DNA of 64,000 nt, from the NCBI RefSeq assembly GCF_006345805.1, contig NC_043005.1, positions 80,724,001 through 80,788,000 on the forward strand, written 5' to 3'. The notes under the pieces were generated by a model, which was not told the origin of the DNA, did not search any database, and saw nothing but the letters and a program-made list of their open reading frames with translations. Source of the stretch: Octopus sinensis. Its lineage: Eukaryota. Every line of letters starts with the position of its first letter. Position 1 is the stretch's first letter. Both the position numbers and the translations under genes were made by a program. Positions 37,464 to 51,438 of this stretch are shown piece after piece.

Positions 37464-37636
37464 AAATATACGATGAACTTCTTTCAGTTTCCGTCTACCA
37501 AATCCACTCACAAGGCTTTGGTCGGCCCGAGGCTATGGTAGAAGGCACTTGCCCGAGGTGCGACGCAGTGGGACTGAACCCAGAACCCTATGGCTGGTAA
37601 GCAAGCTACCTACCACACAGCCACTCCTGCGCCTAT
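37210..37636 (-). mobile_element. SINE family S1, full length
   Basis: As above. Confidence 0.85.
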
Positions 37637-38339
37637 GCTGGTATATCTGAAACAAGAACAACAAAAACGCGTCTTCACGTCTTTAGGTGCTCGTTTAGTC
37701 TGTTAGAAATGACAGTTAAATATATATCATGTCATTTCCTACCATCTTTTAGAAGAGGAAGCGAGCGTTACATTAAATAAGACACAAATATGATTGAAAT
37801 GATGAGGCAGTTACTCAATCAGAGATAACTCGAGATTGAACAACAACAACAAGAATAACAACACTCATAAAATAATCAAAACGTAGATATGATTATAAAT
37901 AAATTTTAGTATGATAAGTAAAAAATAATTTATGCTTTACTTCAGAGAAAAATAAATATATTGTTGAAAATATCTAACTTAAGAATGTTAATGTGAGTTA
38001 TTTGAATATCGTATTTTATTACTTCTTAGAATATTCAATTCGTTTTATTACAAAAAAAAAATGGCGGCCTTTATATATTAACGAGGAGTCAAGAAGCTTT
38101 TCAACTAAAAAATACTAACGAAAAGAATGTTTTTCTCTCTCGTTTCTTATACATCAGAATCAATATTTAAAAAAAATATAAACATTTTATTTGAATTCGT
38201 ATAGCAATTTTATCTTGCATAACTTAGTGGAAAGAAGCCTCAGTGACCCGGTTATAAATTTGTAAATGTATAGTAAATGATACTGTCATCCTTAAATGAA
38301 TAAATATTACCGCATAGTATAATATACATTATTGTGTTG

Positions 38340-39620
38340 TAGTAGTAGTAGTATTAGTAGTAGTAGTAGTAGTAGTAGTAGTAGCAGTAGTAATAGTATC
38401 AACAGGGTAAGAGCCCTTCTTTAAATTTTCACGGGTGTACGCTCCTTTCACACTTGAAAAAGTTGATGAGGGCTTGGCCAAAGTGGGAAGTTTCGGATTT
38501 TAGCGCTTTCAGACGAGTCCACCATACTACCTCTTTCGCTACAGCCACCATACAAATAAAAGCTGCCTGCCTCTCGGCCAAAGGAAGGCGGTGGGCCAAT
38601 CTTCACTATGGATTCAGCTGATATCCAGATCCGTTCTAGATGCGACTGCAGGTGTTCGACATAGACCCTCAGGTCAGCAATGCTCGGGCACTGGACGAAG
38701 TCGCGCAGGACGGTTTCATCCCTCTGCATTAACCTCGGTTAGGCCCGACTGACGGCACTTCCGTGCCTGTAGAGTTTATCTCAAACCGGTAGCACCCCTC
38801 GGTAGCACTGCAAGGTAAGGGATTTCTGGAGGTTAACCATAGTCCCAGGACCAAAAATTCTCCGAAACATACTGGTTGATATACCTTCATCGACGCCCAG
38901 AGCTTTCCCGAGAACGTCGTACTTTCCCTCCACTACTCATCTATAGAACGCTTAGTGGAACTACCACCGACCACCTTGCCAACCTAGCGGAAGGCTGTGA
39001 GCGCTTGACGGCACTCAAGGTACCAAGTGTCCCTCCTCGGTCTACGCCTAATCCAGTTTTGCAGCTCAGTCAAAGAGACGAGTTGTGGAAAAGTGTTCCT
39101 GACAAATGGTGACCACACCTGTTCACCGTCAAGGAAATGTTAGAGATGCCGTGACCTGAGCGCATGTCTGCGCATCAGTAACCACGGAATGTCCAGCCCT
39201 CCATTCAGCGGCTGTTGACAGCAACTCTGCATTGAGCAGAGTGATAGGCCTGACATTTTCTAGAACGTCCCCCTTGTTTCGGTCCTTTCTCAGCAGTTCC
39301 ATCGCAGTAGACGTTTATTGAGAGGCCCGTAAACAGTCTGGCATTGAAATATAAAGCTCGTAGGGCAGACCATTCAAACCCGGCGATCTATCTCTCGTGC
39401 AGCTCTTCATCGCTTCTTGTATCTCCGCGGCAGTTATTGGCCTTCGCAGCCTTCCGCCTCGCTCGCTGAGAGTCGTGGTAGGCCGTCCAGGTCTACACTG
39501 ACCGAAGTCTGTCCTGTTATCTGTCCTACCATTCATCCCGAACAGTCGAATAATTTGCTGCTGAAAAGCAGCGCACGTCTTTATTCTACTGTCCTAGGCA
39601 ATCAAATGCTCAGCCATCGC
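38340..39620 (-). pseudogene. Tx1/L1-like LINE, internally deleted remnant with (TAC)n tail
   Basis: ITAAEIQEAMKSCTRDRSPGLNGLPYELY (RT domain 0/1 region) at ~39315-39450, C-terminal remnant to ~38400, (TAG)n at 38340-38398. Confidence 0.65.
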
Positions 39621-40575
39621 TAGTCTTGCATTCACATTTTGTTTGATAACACTGTCAACCCGCTTTTATTAGCAGTCAAATGTCAACCCATCCAGTCAAT
39701 CAAACGGAAGAAAATTCTGAATTATTGAGTCCTACATGTCTTAGATACAACTTAATAGAATCGATCCTAGCAAGAATTAAATTCAGGACATAGCCTTTTG
39801 TCAGTGTTTTAGGAGGTCATCACTTCTACCACTCTGAAACGGGAAGGAACCTCTAGCTGTCAGTACATGCTAGGAACCACAGCAGCCAGCAATCACATCT
39901 CTTTCAAGTCCTACAGTACAGCCTTAAAAGGGAAAGAACACGTTCGATAAAGAAACACTAGATAGTGATTACTAAAGGGAAATGAAGTCTTATATTTCAT
40001 AAGTACGAGAAAATATCGCAAGAAAGCTTTTGGTTACGGATTCGATGCATTGGCTGAGACTGCTTTTGGACAAAAACAACAATAATTGCAGCCTGATTCA
40101 TCAGTTTTGTATTATAATCTTCAATAATATTTTACTAAATAATATCTGCCATGGAGTTTTTTGTTTGCATGTGTTTTTCAAAATTCGTATTCAGAAATAG
40201 ATTATTTAAAAGTATTTTCATTGCTATTCATGGGGATATTTGTCACTTATATAAATGCCACATTTCAGATTAAATCAAAACATTACAGATTAGGAAGTCC
40301 TTTCGGCTACTGAGATAATCTCCATTATTCACTTATACTATTTAGTGTAGAGGGATATTTTCATTTTCAAAATATTTATTCGACCAGAGATTTGATGCGT
40401 GATTGCGTACGAAAGATATGACATTTGTATTATATTAAGAATTATGTTAGTGATTTAGAATACAAAATACATACACAGCATATTTCTAACAATACTATTT
40501 TGGGGTTTTGCACACACACACACACACAATTGTCGTGATTAATAATAAATTCTCGTATATTCCATCTTTCATTTG

Positions 40576-40614
<39 letters not shown>

Positions 40615-41485
40615 GAATTTACAAAAAGAAACTAAAAGACAAAGAAAGGTGTGTAAACAACCAAACAGATGTATTACTTTAACGTTCAGGAAGTGAGAAA
40701 GTATTTTACGTTTCGAGCCTACGCTCTTCCAGAGAAGGGAACACAGAAGTAAACAGGGAGAGAAAATAGAAAAGGTTTAGTGGTTAGTGATCTATATATG
40801 TAAAACTAGAATTGAAAACTGCGTACATTCAAAAGGGTTACATAATCTCATAATAAACCTTAAAAAGTATGGGATATCATTGTTACTCAAAAATATTGGA
40901 ATCACTATATGGTGTACATTCTTTGGCATTTGAAAATGTAAATAGACTCGTGTGTGAATTACGATGTCACGATAGTTATTAAACCGAGTTCTTAATATAA
41001 AAATTTGAAAATGACAAAATAAGATCTTTAACTTCGAATAAGTTAATTCATTATGATACTAGTCATACCAAAGTATATAAAAAAAAAAAACATATTTCAC
41101 ATTGCATGCAAATTACAATGAGAATAAAAAAAAAATTGGATTTATGAAACAACGAAAGTACGAAACCGAAATAATTATAAGCAAAGATAATTCACATTAT
41201 GATACGCATATTAATACAATAGTTATGCGAATTAAACAAATTATTACCAAATTATTGTTGATTGATTACTGGTAAATTTATAAAAATCATCATTCATACG
41301 TTAAATTATTGCGTGAAGTTGACATTAGTATTTGTACACACTTGTTAAAATTGAGTATACGATAATTTAACTTAATTAAGTTTTGATATAACTAAATTTC
41401 GATGAACTAAATAAATTTCTTGTGATAAAAGTTTGCCAAAGAATGTACAAACATTAGTGATTCCAATATCTTAAAGCAACAAAGA

Positions 41486-41895
41486 GGCGATCTAGCAGAA
41501 ACGTTAGCGCGTCGGGCGAAATGCTTAGCGGTATTTCGTCTGTCGCTACTTTCTGAGTTCAAATTCCGCCAAGGTCGACTTTGCCTTTCATCCTTTCGGG
41601 GTCGATAAATTAAGTACTAGTTACGCACTGGAGTCGATATAATCCACTTAATCCGTTTGTCTGACCTTGTTTGTCCTCTCTCTGTTTAGCCCCTTGTGGG
41701 TAGTAAAGAAATAGGTATTTCGTCTGTCGTTACGTTCTGAGTTCAAATTCCGCCGGGGTCGACATTGCCATTCATCCTTTTGGGGTCGATGAATAAAGTA
41801 CCAGTTTCGCACTGGGGTCGATGTAATCGACTTGATCCCTTTGTCTGTCCTTGCCTGTCCCCTCTATGTTTAGCTCCTTGTGGGCAGTAAAGAAA
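41486..41895 (+). mobile_element. SINE family S2, dimeric (head plus two tandem bodies)
   Basis: The ~175-bp body repeats at the junction AAAGAAATAGGTATTTCGTC. Confidence 0.85.
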
Positions 41896-41922
41896 CATAT
41901 ATATTATTTCTATTATGAAAGC

Positions 41923-42075
41923 AATGAGCTGGCAGAATCGTTAACATGCCGAGCAAAATGTTTAGCGGCATTTCGTCCGTTATTACATTCTAAGTTCTAA
42001 TACTGCTTCGGCCCACTCAGCCTTTGATCTTTGAGCACTAAGATCGATGTAATCAACACTCCTCCCCCAGATATC
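41923..42075 (+). mobile_element. SINE family S2, degenerate
   Basis: GAGCTGGCAGAATCGTTAAC..CGGCATTTCGTCC. Confidence 0.65.
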
Positions 42076-43432
42076 CAGGCACTGTAACTATATTAGAAAC
42101 GATTGCTTTACAAACACAGCCGAAATAAAATGTAATATAACGTCTGAGTAGATGTGAAATTAGAACATGATAAAACGTATGTAAAAAGCAAAATGCGAAA
42201 CAATTTGTGATGATGTCATTCTGTTGATATTGTATATAATATTGTAAACCAAGTGTATCTCTGTATTTAATCAAGTTTAAGTTTTCGTTTCCTTCAATTA
42301 AAATGTCAGCGAATTCTGAAAATGTTAATACATTTTTAATAAAATATAGTTTTATTATTTACTTTAAATATCAACTTCACCCCAACCGCACCACTTACTC
42401 TCTACATTCATTGCGATAACATCTCTCACTTCCTGTCATTATCTTGAAGCTTAAATTCACTTCTTTGTTACTTTTTTGCACACATGTTGAAAACGTAATA
42501 TGTTTTGGAAATTTTCTTAAAAAAATAGAACGTTTTAAGCTTATTAATTTTTTCAAGTTATTTCACTATTTCAGTCTTCACTAAAAATACTTTAAAACTA
42601 TTTTTGTCGCTTCCTTCCATATTTCAGGTGATTGTTACCACTTATTCCCTTCAAAATTTCGGAGATAAGACATTTGGCAATATTTCTCTTTATAATTATT
42701 TCCGAAAATGGTAGACATTCGGTGTCCATATTAGCAATTATTCCAATTTCTTCCGAAATTACAACCCTGCTTTCTCTGCCTCAATTATTTCACCTTCTCT
42801 TCATCCTCATACAGACCATTTGATTGTTCTATCAGTTCTTATCTGTATTTCGAACAACAACGAACTTCAGACCGTCCTCCTCTTTGAGTTACCTTCTTCA
42901 TTTGTGTTTTTTACTCTCTTCGAAAACTACCGCGCCTTATTTGCTCCCTATTATAAAAATGCTAGTCCTGTGCGATAGAAAAATCTTCGGTTTTCTGGCT
43001 GTCGGCACTGGACATTAAAGAAGAAGCGAATTCATTAGTTATTTACACAGTTATGACCCTCGTGTTCTGAAATAATCAACGTTTGCCGTTTGCTGGTGTA
43101 ATTACTGCCTCCTGTTTTATTCGTCGCATATATCTTCTCATATATACATCTTCTTTACAAAGCCCTTATGTTGCTCTTCATGCCAAATTTCTACTACCGG
43201 TCCCTTTCTTTTCATTCTGGCAATAGCTAACGTATATTTTTAGCTTTAGGGCTTAATTAGAAAAGGCATATCCATAGAAAGCTTACTCAATAATGTAATA
43301 ATTCTGGTTACACACTCATACTCAGTACACCCGTTGATGATTAGCACAGGGTCAGTAAAAGTAACAATGTCCTAGATCATGAGTCTTGCATTTTGGGTCC
43401 CTTTATATCTCTGTATATGTACTCTCTCTCCC

Positions 43433-43474
<42 letters not shown>

Positions 43475-43490
43475 CCTCTCTCTCCCCCCT

Positions 43491-43565
<75 letters not shown>

Positions 43566-43639
43566 ATATATATCCAGTAATTTTTTGCTAGTTTCATCTT
43601 GTCTCTTTGTCTTCTCTCCGTGTTGCTATATGGACAATT

Positions 43640-43805
43640 AAGGTGGTTTTAGAGTCAGATCATGGCTTCTGTTTTCAGCATGGTGGTATCTCGTAGATAC
43701 ACTTATCTGTAATTTTAATAATTATTACCTTTGAAGGTTATTTTACCATGCTGGCCACTTGATAGGATCGTTATTATATTTTTAATTAACGATCTTATCC
43801 TAATA
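43640..43805 (+). mobile_element. Hairpin MITE-like repeat, right part
   Basis: Homologous in inverted orientation to 44775-44890 and in direct orientation to 44915-44990. Confidence 0.55.
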
Positions 43806-43874
43806 TATATATATAATCAAGGCAGGTGGTATAGGAAGTAAAATCAGGCATATCTGTGTGTCTATGTATATGTA

Positions 43875-44764
43875 TACAGGGTGCAGTGAATAAATTGTCG
43901 CTTAATTACGAAAAATTTAAAATAACGTTGACATCTGATTTTAACAAATATATACCAAATTTGCATAAAAATATCTTAAAATAGTAAAAGAGTAAATTTA
44001 TTCAATAAAATCGCCATTGGATTCAGCCACAGTCTCCAGACAACTTCGAAATCTTCTGCAACTCTTCTGGACAATCTTATGTTTAAGTTTGTGAATCCTG
44101 CCATTATCCTTGCCTTCAGTTCATCTTTGGCATCACAAGGAGTTTCGTTGGTCTCTCGCTCAAATTCGCCCCACACATAATAATCAAGGGGCTTGCCGTA
44201 TCGAAAGTTAGACAGCCAGATGTTAGGGGTGATGAGGTCGCAGAAACTTTCTGACAGCCATTACTGTGTTCTTCTGCTTGTGAGGTATGGTGCAGAGTCC
44301 TGTTGCCAGACATAGGTTCTTCCAGCAGCAACCCTTTTCACCCAGGGCAACACTACCTCTTCCAGGCACTTGATATAGGCCTCGGTGTTGTGTGTGAGGC
44401 CATATGGGAAGATGAATAGAGGCATAACGTCGCTATCACTAATGATCACTACAAACACCATGATGGCGACTGGATGATTGATTTTAATCACTCTCAGTAC
44501 ATGTCCTCGGATTGCATTGTCCTCAGATTCACACCCAAACACTCTGAAATGTTTGTATTGGAGCTTCCAGCACAAATGCCAAGCAGTGCAACATGTTGTT
44601 TCCAAATTTCTGACAGATTGAATAGCATCATGGCGCTGTTTTTCTCACAGATTGTGCCCAACTGACCCTACTATGCTGTGTAGTCGAGAACTTTAAAAAA
44701 AAATAATGCACATGCGCGAAGTAAAATATCTAAAATGGTGACAGTTTACCCATCGTACACTGTA
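43875..44764 (-). mobile_element. Internally deleted Tc1/mariner DD37D (maT-like) transposon with degenerate TIRs and TA flanks
   Basis: TA-CAGGGTGCAGTGAATAAATTGTC ... GACAGTTTACCCATCGTACACTG-TA; ORF pieces HPVAIMVF..EAYIKCLEEVVLPWVKRVAAGRTYVWQQDSAP and WGEFERETNETPC..KDELKARI. Confidence 0.85.
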
Positions 44765-44771
44765 TATATGC

Positions 44772-44990
44772 ATATAAGGATAAGATCTTTGTTTAAATAT
44801 CGAACTTATCATGTGGCCAGCATGGGAATAAAAACCTTCAAAAGTAATAATTATTAAAATTTTATAATTTAGGGTATCTAAGAGATGGCACCTGGTGCTG
44901 TATGAAATTTTAATGTGGTTTTAGAGTCAAGTTTTGGCAGCTATTTCAAGCGTGTTGGTATCTCTTAGATACCCTAAATTATAATTTTAA
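44772..44990. mobile_element. Hairpin MITE-like repeat with perfect 25-bp internal inverted repeat
   Basis: TTATAATTTAGGGTATCTAAGAGAT (44862-44886) is the reverse complement of 44960-44984. Confidence 0.6.
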
Positions 44991-45685
44991 ATATATGTAT
45001 ATATATATATATGTGTGTGTGCGTGTATCAGCGTGTCCTCGCGCGTGTATGTTTACGTAAGTCTCAAACTTTGCCACAAGTGGACAAACAGTACAAACAG
45101 CAGCAACAAGCAAACGTAAGACATTCATTGAAGATTTCGAACTCTTAATGATGTAAATTATTCGCGAGCTGCTCTGCTTTTAATTTAACATGGTTACCAG
45201 TTTAAAGGAAGCTATGCCTATCAGAGTGTTAACATATGCACCTCTGAAATTTACTTTTCGTTATAATAAACCACTTATAGATTAATGGTATTCACATAGG
45301 ATATCTTCTCATAATAGAATTTCATTATGTGTGAAAAGCAATTACATCAGAAATCACCTTCGCTTGCTTTAAAGATGTTTATGTCTGTATGAGTGTGTGT
45401 CTAGGCGTGTATGTGAGTGTCTGTGTTTATGCATATTTGTGAGTGCATGCGTGTGTTTATGTGTGACATGGAATAGGTTCCTGTATAAATATGCATACAC
45501 ATACATGTTTATATGTACATATATAAATATAAACATATACAAATATACATATATACACACACACATATATATATATATACACTCACACAGATGCATCTAT
45601 ATATACATTTAATGTTTATATGTATATATGTATATATATGTGCCTATGCATGTATATATGCATATATGCACAAATATGAGTATAC

Positions 45686-45729
<44 letters not shown>

Positions 45730-46553
45730 TCACATAGGTGCATCTATATATGCATGTATGCACGAATATGAGTATGTATGTGTGTGTGCTTGTGCGTGCG
45801 TGTGTGTGAGTGTGGTATGTGTTTGTGTGTGTGCGCGTGAGTGTATGTACAGGGAACGATAAGGAAATTGAGCGATATAGCTTCAGACAGATAGTGATCG
45901 AGAGAGAGAGATCGAAAGAAACAGTGAGAGAAAGAGAGTGAGAAAGAGAGAGAGTGAGAAAGAGAGAGAGAGTGAGTGAGAGAGAGAGAAGCGATTATAT
46001 CCTATGTAATTATGTACATACAAAATTGACATTTAGCATCACACAAAGAGAAAATTAAACGTAAATAACGTAGCTTTGATGTGCTGTGACAAATTTTAGT
46101 TTAAAGACTCCAGGTTGTCGTCATTGTAAAATGAGATCTTCTGATGCTCCAACATCGGCCTGTAATTAAATAGGTGTAATAGATTGAGTAATTATCTTTC
46201 AATCAGATATCTGTGCATACGCGGTATTGTCATTAGTATTGTTTGATGATCTCTACTTAATTATCGGCAGTTGAATCTGACTGGCCGGATAAACTATACT
46301 ACCAAATATTTGTGCCTTGACACTGAAAATTTGTTACGTGACTCATAAAGTTACTTGGGTTTTCAGAGTAGATGTACAACATTGATTTTCTGGAAAGTCT
46401 CTCTGGATTATTGATTGCTTTTCGGAAATAACCATTGGTGACATTGCTTCTTACGTTCTAAATTGAACGAATTTTAAATTTGCTTAAAGGATTAAATGAA
46501 AGACAGGTACCTGTGGGTTAGTCTAACTGATAAAAGTTGATTAATTCTGTACC

Positions 46554-47200
46554 ATGTAAGGTACGAGTCTGTGAAAGGACTAGTCAGTGCAAGGTACAAG
46601 TTTTTGCATGGTACGAGTCTTTGTAAGGTGCAAGCCCGTGCAAGGTACGAGTCTGTGCAAGGACTAATCTGTGCAAAATACGATTTTTTGCAAGGTATGA
46701 GTGTTTGCAAGGTACATACATGCCTTGTAAGGTACGAGTCTGTGCAAGGTACGAGTCTGTGCAATGTACGAGTCTGTGCAAGGTACGAGTCTGTGCAATG
46801 TACGAGTCTGTGCAAGGTACGTGTCTATGCAAGGTGCGAGTCTGTGAAAGGTACGAGTCTTTGCATGATACAAGTCTGTGCAAGGAACTTGCCTATGCAA
46901 TTTACAAGTCTGTGTAAGATACCAGTGTGTGCAAAGCACCTGTCTGTGCAAGGTCCGAGTTTGTGCAAGGTACGAGTGTGTGAAAGGGCCTAGTCTGTGC
47001 AAGGTACGAGTCTTTGCAAGATACAAGTCTGTGCAAGGAACTTGCCTGTGCAAGGAACTTGCCTGTGCAATGTATAAGTCTGTGTAAGATACGAGTGTGT
47101 GCAAGTTAGGAGTCTGTGCAAGGTGCCAGTCTGTGGAAGGAACGAGTCTGTGGAAGGGACTAGTTTGTGCAGAGTACCAGTCTTTGCAAGATACCAGTAA
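46554..47200. repeat. 17-bp minisatellite (TGTGCAAGGTACGAGTC)n, roughly 38 degenerate units
   Basis: Directly visible; purest at ~46730-46820. Confidence 0.95.
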
Positions 47201-48152
47201 ACTACTCTGGCACTCAAAGGAATTTGAAGTTGCTGGCCGTAAATTAGTACAGATTATAAGACATTCCAGACCAACACTGTTCGCAAATTTGATGTTGAAC
47301 CTGTATTATATATTATGACGCTTATGTTGTTGTTGGTGGTTGTTTGGCTGTGCTACTGCTTAGTCACAGGGTGATCTATTACCACTTTTCTGAGTGTATA
47401 TTGTTTAATGTTTCTTAGGATTTTGTAAAGACAGTAAATGAAAAAATCGAAGCAGTCATTAGTTTATATTATGTAAACAAAGGATATGAGGATCAAAAGT
47501 ATTGCTCAAATAAAGTGTGGAATTAAATGGAACTGCAGTTATGTGAACTCCGGGTTAAACCAGTGGGAGGACATTATGATTGAAATAGTTGCAGTAATGA
47601 TCGCCCTCTCTTTTATACATACATGTTGTATCAAATACATAATTAGATCTGTCCTAATATTCTGTAAGCAATTCCGCCGAGATCGACTTTGCCTTTCATT
47701 CTTCCTGAGTCAATAAATTAAGTACCAGTTGCGTGTTGGGGTCGATGTAATCGATTGACCCCTCCTCAAAAATGTCGGGCCTTGTGCCTAGATTAGAAGA
47801 AAATAGAAAAGAATATTCTGTAAACAATACTGGTGAGGAGAAAGGCGACAAGCTGGCAGAAACAGCATACCGGGCGAAACGCTTAATTGTATTTCGTCTG
47901 TCTTTACGTTCTGAGTAACTTTTGATGGATTAAATTTTGAGTTTGCACAGGCAGCTATTCCCTATGTTCAACGGACGTCATTATAAGATGACATTCATTA
48001 ATCGCTAGTAAAGTGGCCATGTGTTCTGGAATTTAATCCTGGCGTTTAATTAATCAATATGGTGAGCATTAAATGAAGAGAATAACTAATAATTTGTTCG
48101 AATATAATCAGTATTTTATCTGGTATGCTAATTACTCTCATAGCTAACTGCC

Positions 48153-48224
<72 letters not shown>

Positions 48225-48226
<2 letters not shown>

Positions 48227-48415
48227 CCTTTCTACTAAAGGAACACTGCTTGAAATTTTTGGGGAGATGACTAAGTCGATTACATCGACCCCCAGTACTT
48301 AACTGGTACTTATTTGATTGAGCCCGAAGACCTCGGCGGAATTTGAACTTAGAACGAAGTGACAGACGAAATGCCGTCAAGCATTTCGTCAGGCGTGCTA
48401 ACGGCTCTGCCACCG
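48225..48415 (-). mobile_element. SINE family S2 with (TTA)n tail
   Basis: (AAT)n at 48155-48225, then the reverse-complement consensus. Confidence 0.8.
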
Positions 48416-48456
48416 CGCTACATTAACAACAACAACGATAAAAAATAGTAATAATG

Positions 48457-48505
<49 letters not shown>

Positions 48506-48589
48506 GAAGAAGAAGAAGAAGAAGAAGAAAGAAGAAGAAGAAGGAGGAGGAGACTGGGTGAGACTGGCTACCCTGCTCGTCACATCGTC

Positions 48590-49470
48590 GTAATTCTTAT
48601 CCACCTGGAGCTCTGGTCCGAACTAAACCCCGATCAACTTTACCGGTCCGTCCGTCAGACCCCCAACGACTCTGTTGGACGGCATGGACTTGCCTCTCCA
48701 TGAGTTGCAAGCCCATTGACTTTTCCGGGCCTCTTTTTTCTCCCATCAACTTTTCATATTTCTCCAATGATGTGCCGACCACCTCGATTTCTGAGGCGTC
48801 CGACACCATCACGGTGATGTCGTCTGCATACGCCAACACAACACTCCTGTGTCCTGGTAGCGGGATGCTTTGCAGCAGCCTTAGCACCCACAGTAAAGGC
48901 TCAAGAGTCAATACGTACAGAAGGGAGGCTAGAGAGCACCCTTGACGGACGGATCGGAAGGTCAGAAACGGTTACGAGAGTTGGCCATTGATTTTGACCA
49001 CAGAGAAGATGCCACTGAGAATTGCAGAAATACAAAATCTGAAGATGGGGCCGAAGCCAGCCGCTTTGAGGACAGCCTCCAGATATCGATATTCGACCCT
49101 ATCGAATGCTTTCGATTGATCTAAATTGAATCAGTGCCCCACCGAAGTCAGGTTTATACCATACCCTTTCTATGATGTATCGCACAAGGTGGAGGTTGTC
49201 GGTAATGCGCAGGTTTGCGCCTCCCCAATCAAGTTCTCAACGACAAGCGCCAACTTCTTTGCTAATACTTTGGCCAAAATCTTAAACTCTTAAGCAGAGT
49301 TATGGGACAGAAATTATCTACAGTGTTCCTTTTGCTTTCGTCTTTCCTTAACAGCGTCACTACGTCCCGGCTCACATAACTGGGAATACACTCGTTCGAC
49401 TGCCATTTGCAGTAGAGATCAGAGAACAAGTCTGGCATATTTACGTAAAATTCATTGGGCAAACTGTCTA
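48590..49470 (-). pseudogene. Tx1/L1-like RT remnant
   Basis: LDSLPNEFYVNMPDLF..VVTLLRKD..NFCPITLL and LAYADDITVMVS..LEKYEKLMG. Confidence 0.75.
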
Positions 49471-49477
49471 AACCTAT

Positions 49478-49890
49478 TTCTTTACTACCAACGAGGGTCT
49501 AAACACAGAGAGGACAAACAAGAACAGACAAACGGATTAAGTCGATTATATAGACCCCAGTGCGTAAATGGTACTTATTTAATCGACCCCGAAAGTATGA
49601 AATGTAAAGTCGACCTTGGCGGAATTTGAACTCAGAGCGTAGCGGCAGACGAAATACCTATTTCTTTACTACCCAGAAGCGGCTAAACACAGAGAGGACA
49701 AACAAGGATAGACAAACGGATTAAGTCGATTATATCGACCCCTTTGCGTTACTGGTACTTATTTGATCGACCCCGAAAGGATGAAAGGCAAAGTCGACCT
49801 CGGCGAAATTTGAACTCAGAACGTAGCGGCAGACGAAATACCGCTAGGCATTTCGCCCGGCGTGCTAACGTTTCTGCCAGCTCGCCGCTA
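49478..49890 (-). mobile_element. SINE family S2, dimeric
   Basis: Same head plus two bodies and same junction as 41486-41895. Confidence 0.85.
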
Positions 49891-50356
49891 TTTAAACCTG
49901 GTGATTTGTGCCTCCTACAAGTGTAATTTCTACCGCTGTTAGTGTTTCTGCAATTGTTGTTGTTACTGTTCGTTGTACTTTGTATCATGACTGTCTTGTT
50001 CATCTCCTCTTCCCCTTCCTCTCTATTGTTGCGCGTGACAGAGGGAAGCGAAAGGAAGTCTTCATCTATTACCATATCTGTAGGAGCGTATGTTTTGCTT
50101 TTCCTTATCACTTTCAAGACGCGCTCTGCTATCTTGTTGATTTGTATTGATTCCATTAAATTTTAACGCCCACCAAATATAGTTGGTGGGCCACAAATCT
50201 GGGTACTAATACGTTCCTGGCGCTTCTATTCACAACTTTGGATAAATTAACTATTGTTAAAAGACACCAAACATGGGTGTAAATAGATATATTTTTCAAC
50301 TGAACTTACTAGGAGAATTCGAAAACTTGTCCGATGTGTTCCGCAGCAATACAATA

Positions 50357-50359
<3 letters not shown>

Positions 50360-50427
<68 letters not shown>

Positions 50428-50436
50428 GTAATAATG

Positions 50437-50481
<45 letters not shown>

Positions 50482-50526
50482 TAATAATAAATAATAATAA
50501 TAATAATAATAATATATAATAATAAT

Positions 50527-50577
<51 letters not shown>

Positions 50578-50600
50578 GTAATAATAATAATAATAAACTA
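50360..50600. repeat. (AAT)n microsatellite
   Basis: Directly visible. Confidence 0.95.
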
Positions 50601-51004
50601 TACGAGAGGAAGGAGAACCAGAAAATAAGAAATTTATGGATAGCAATGAGAACAGCAAAAACGGAAAATAAAAATAAAATGATAATAACACCTAGTGCAA
50701 TAACAAAAAAATGCGAATATAAAAACTGTTAAGTAAAGACGGGAGAATATGAAGAACCACTTCAACTTGTTGAATAACAATGAAGTAAATACAAAGAATT
50801 ACTATAATATTTGAGAAGTATTGAGTAGTACACACACACACACACTTACACAAACACACACATACACAGGTGCGCACACGCTCACACATACATATGTATA
50901 TATATATAAATATGTGTGTTTGTGTGTATATATATTTATACATATATATGTTTGTAAATTTATACATGAGAATATATGTATGCATGGGTATGTTTGTGAA
51001 TATG

Positions 51005-51059
<55 letters not shown>

Positions 51060-51314
51060 CTAGATAGATAGATAGATAAATAGATAGATAGATGGATAGA
51101 TGGATATAAGATATATAGCGATATAATTATGTAGATTTGTGTATATATATATACATATATGGTAATATGTAATATATATACATATATATATATATATATA
51201 TCTGCGTGTATGTATATATAGTATATATATATAAAGAGATATATACATATGTATATTTGTTTTTCCTGCTTTTCTATATATGTATATATATCTATATCTC
51301 TATCTATCTATCTA

Positions 51315-51438
<124 letters not shown>

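Noticed and set aside
46492-47217. Cys/His-rich ORFs resembling zinc fingers; CRISPR-like regular repeats
   Set aside because: A 17-bp head-to-tail minisatellite with no unique spacers, non-triplet period and a eukaryotic context.
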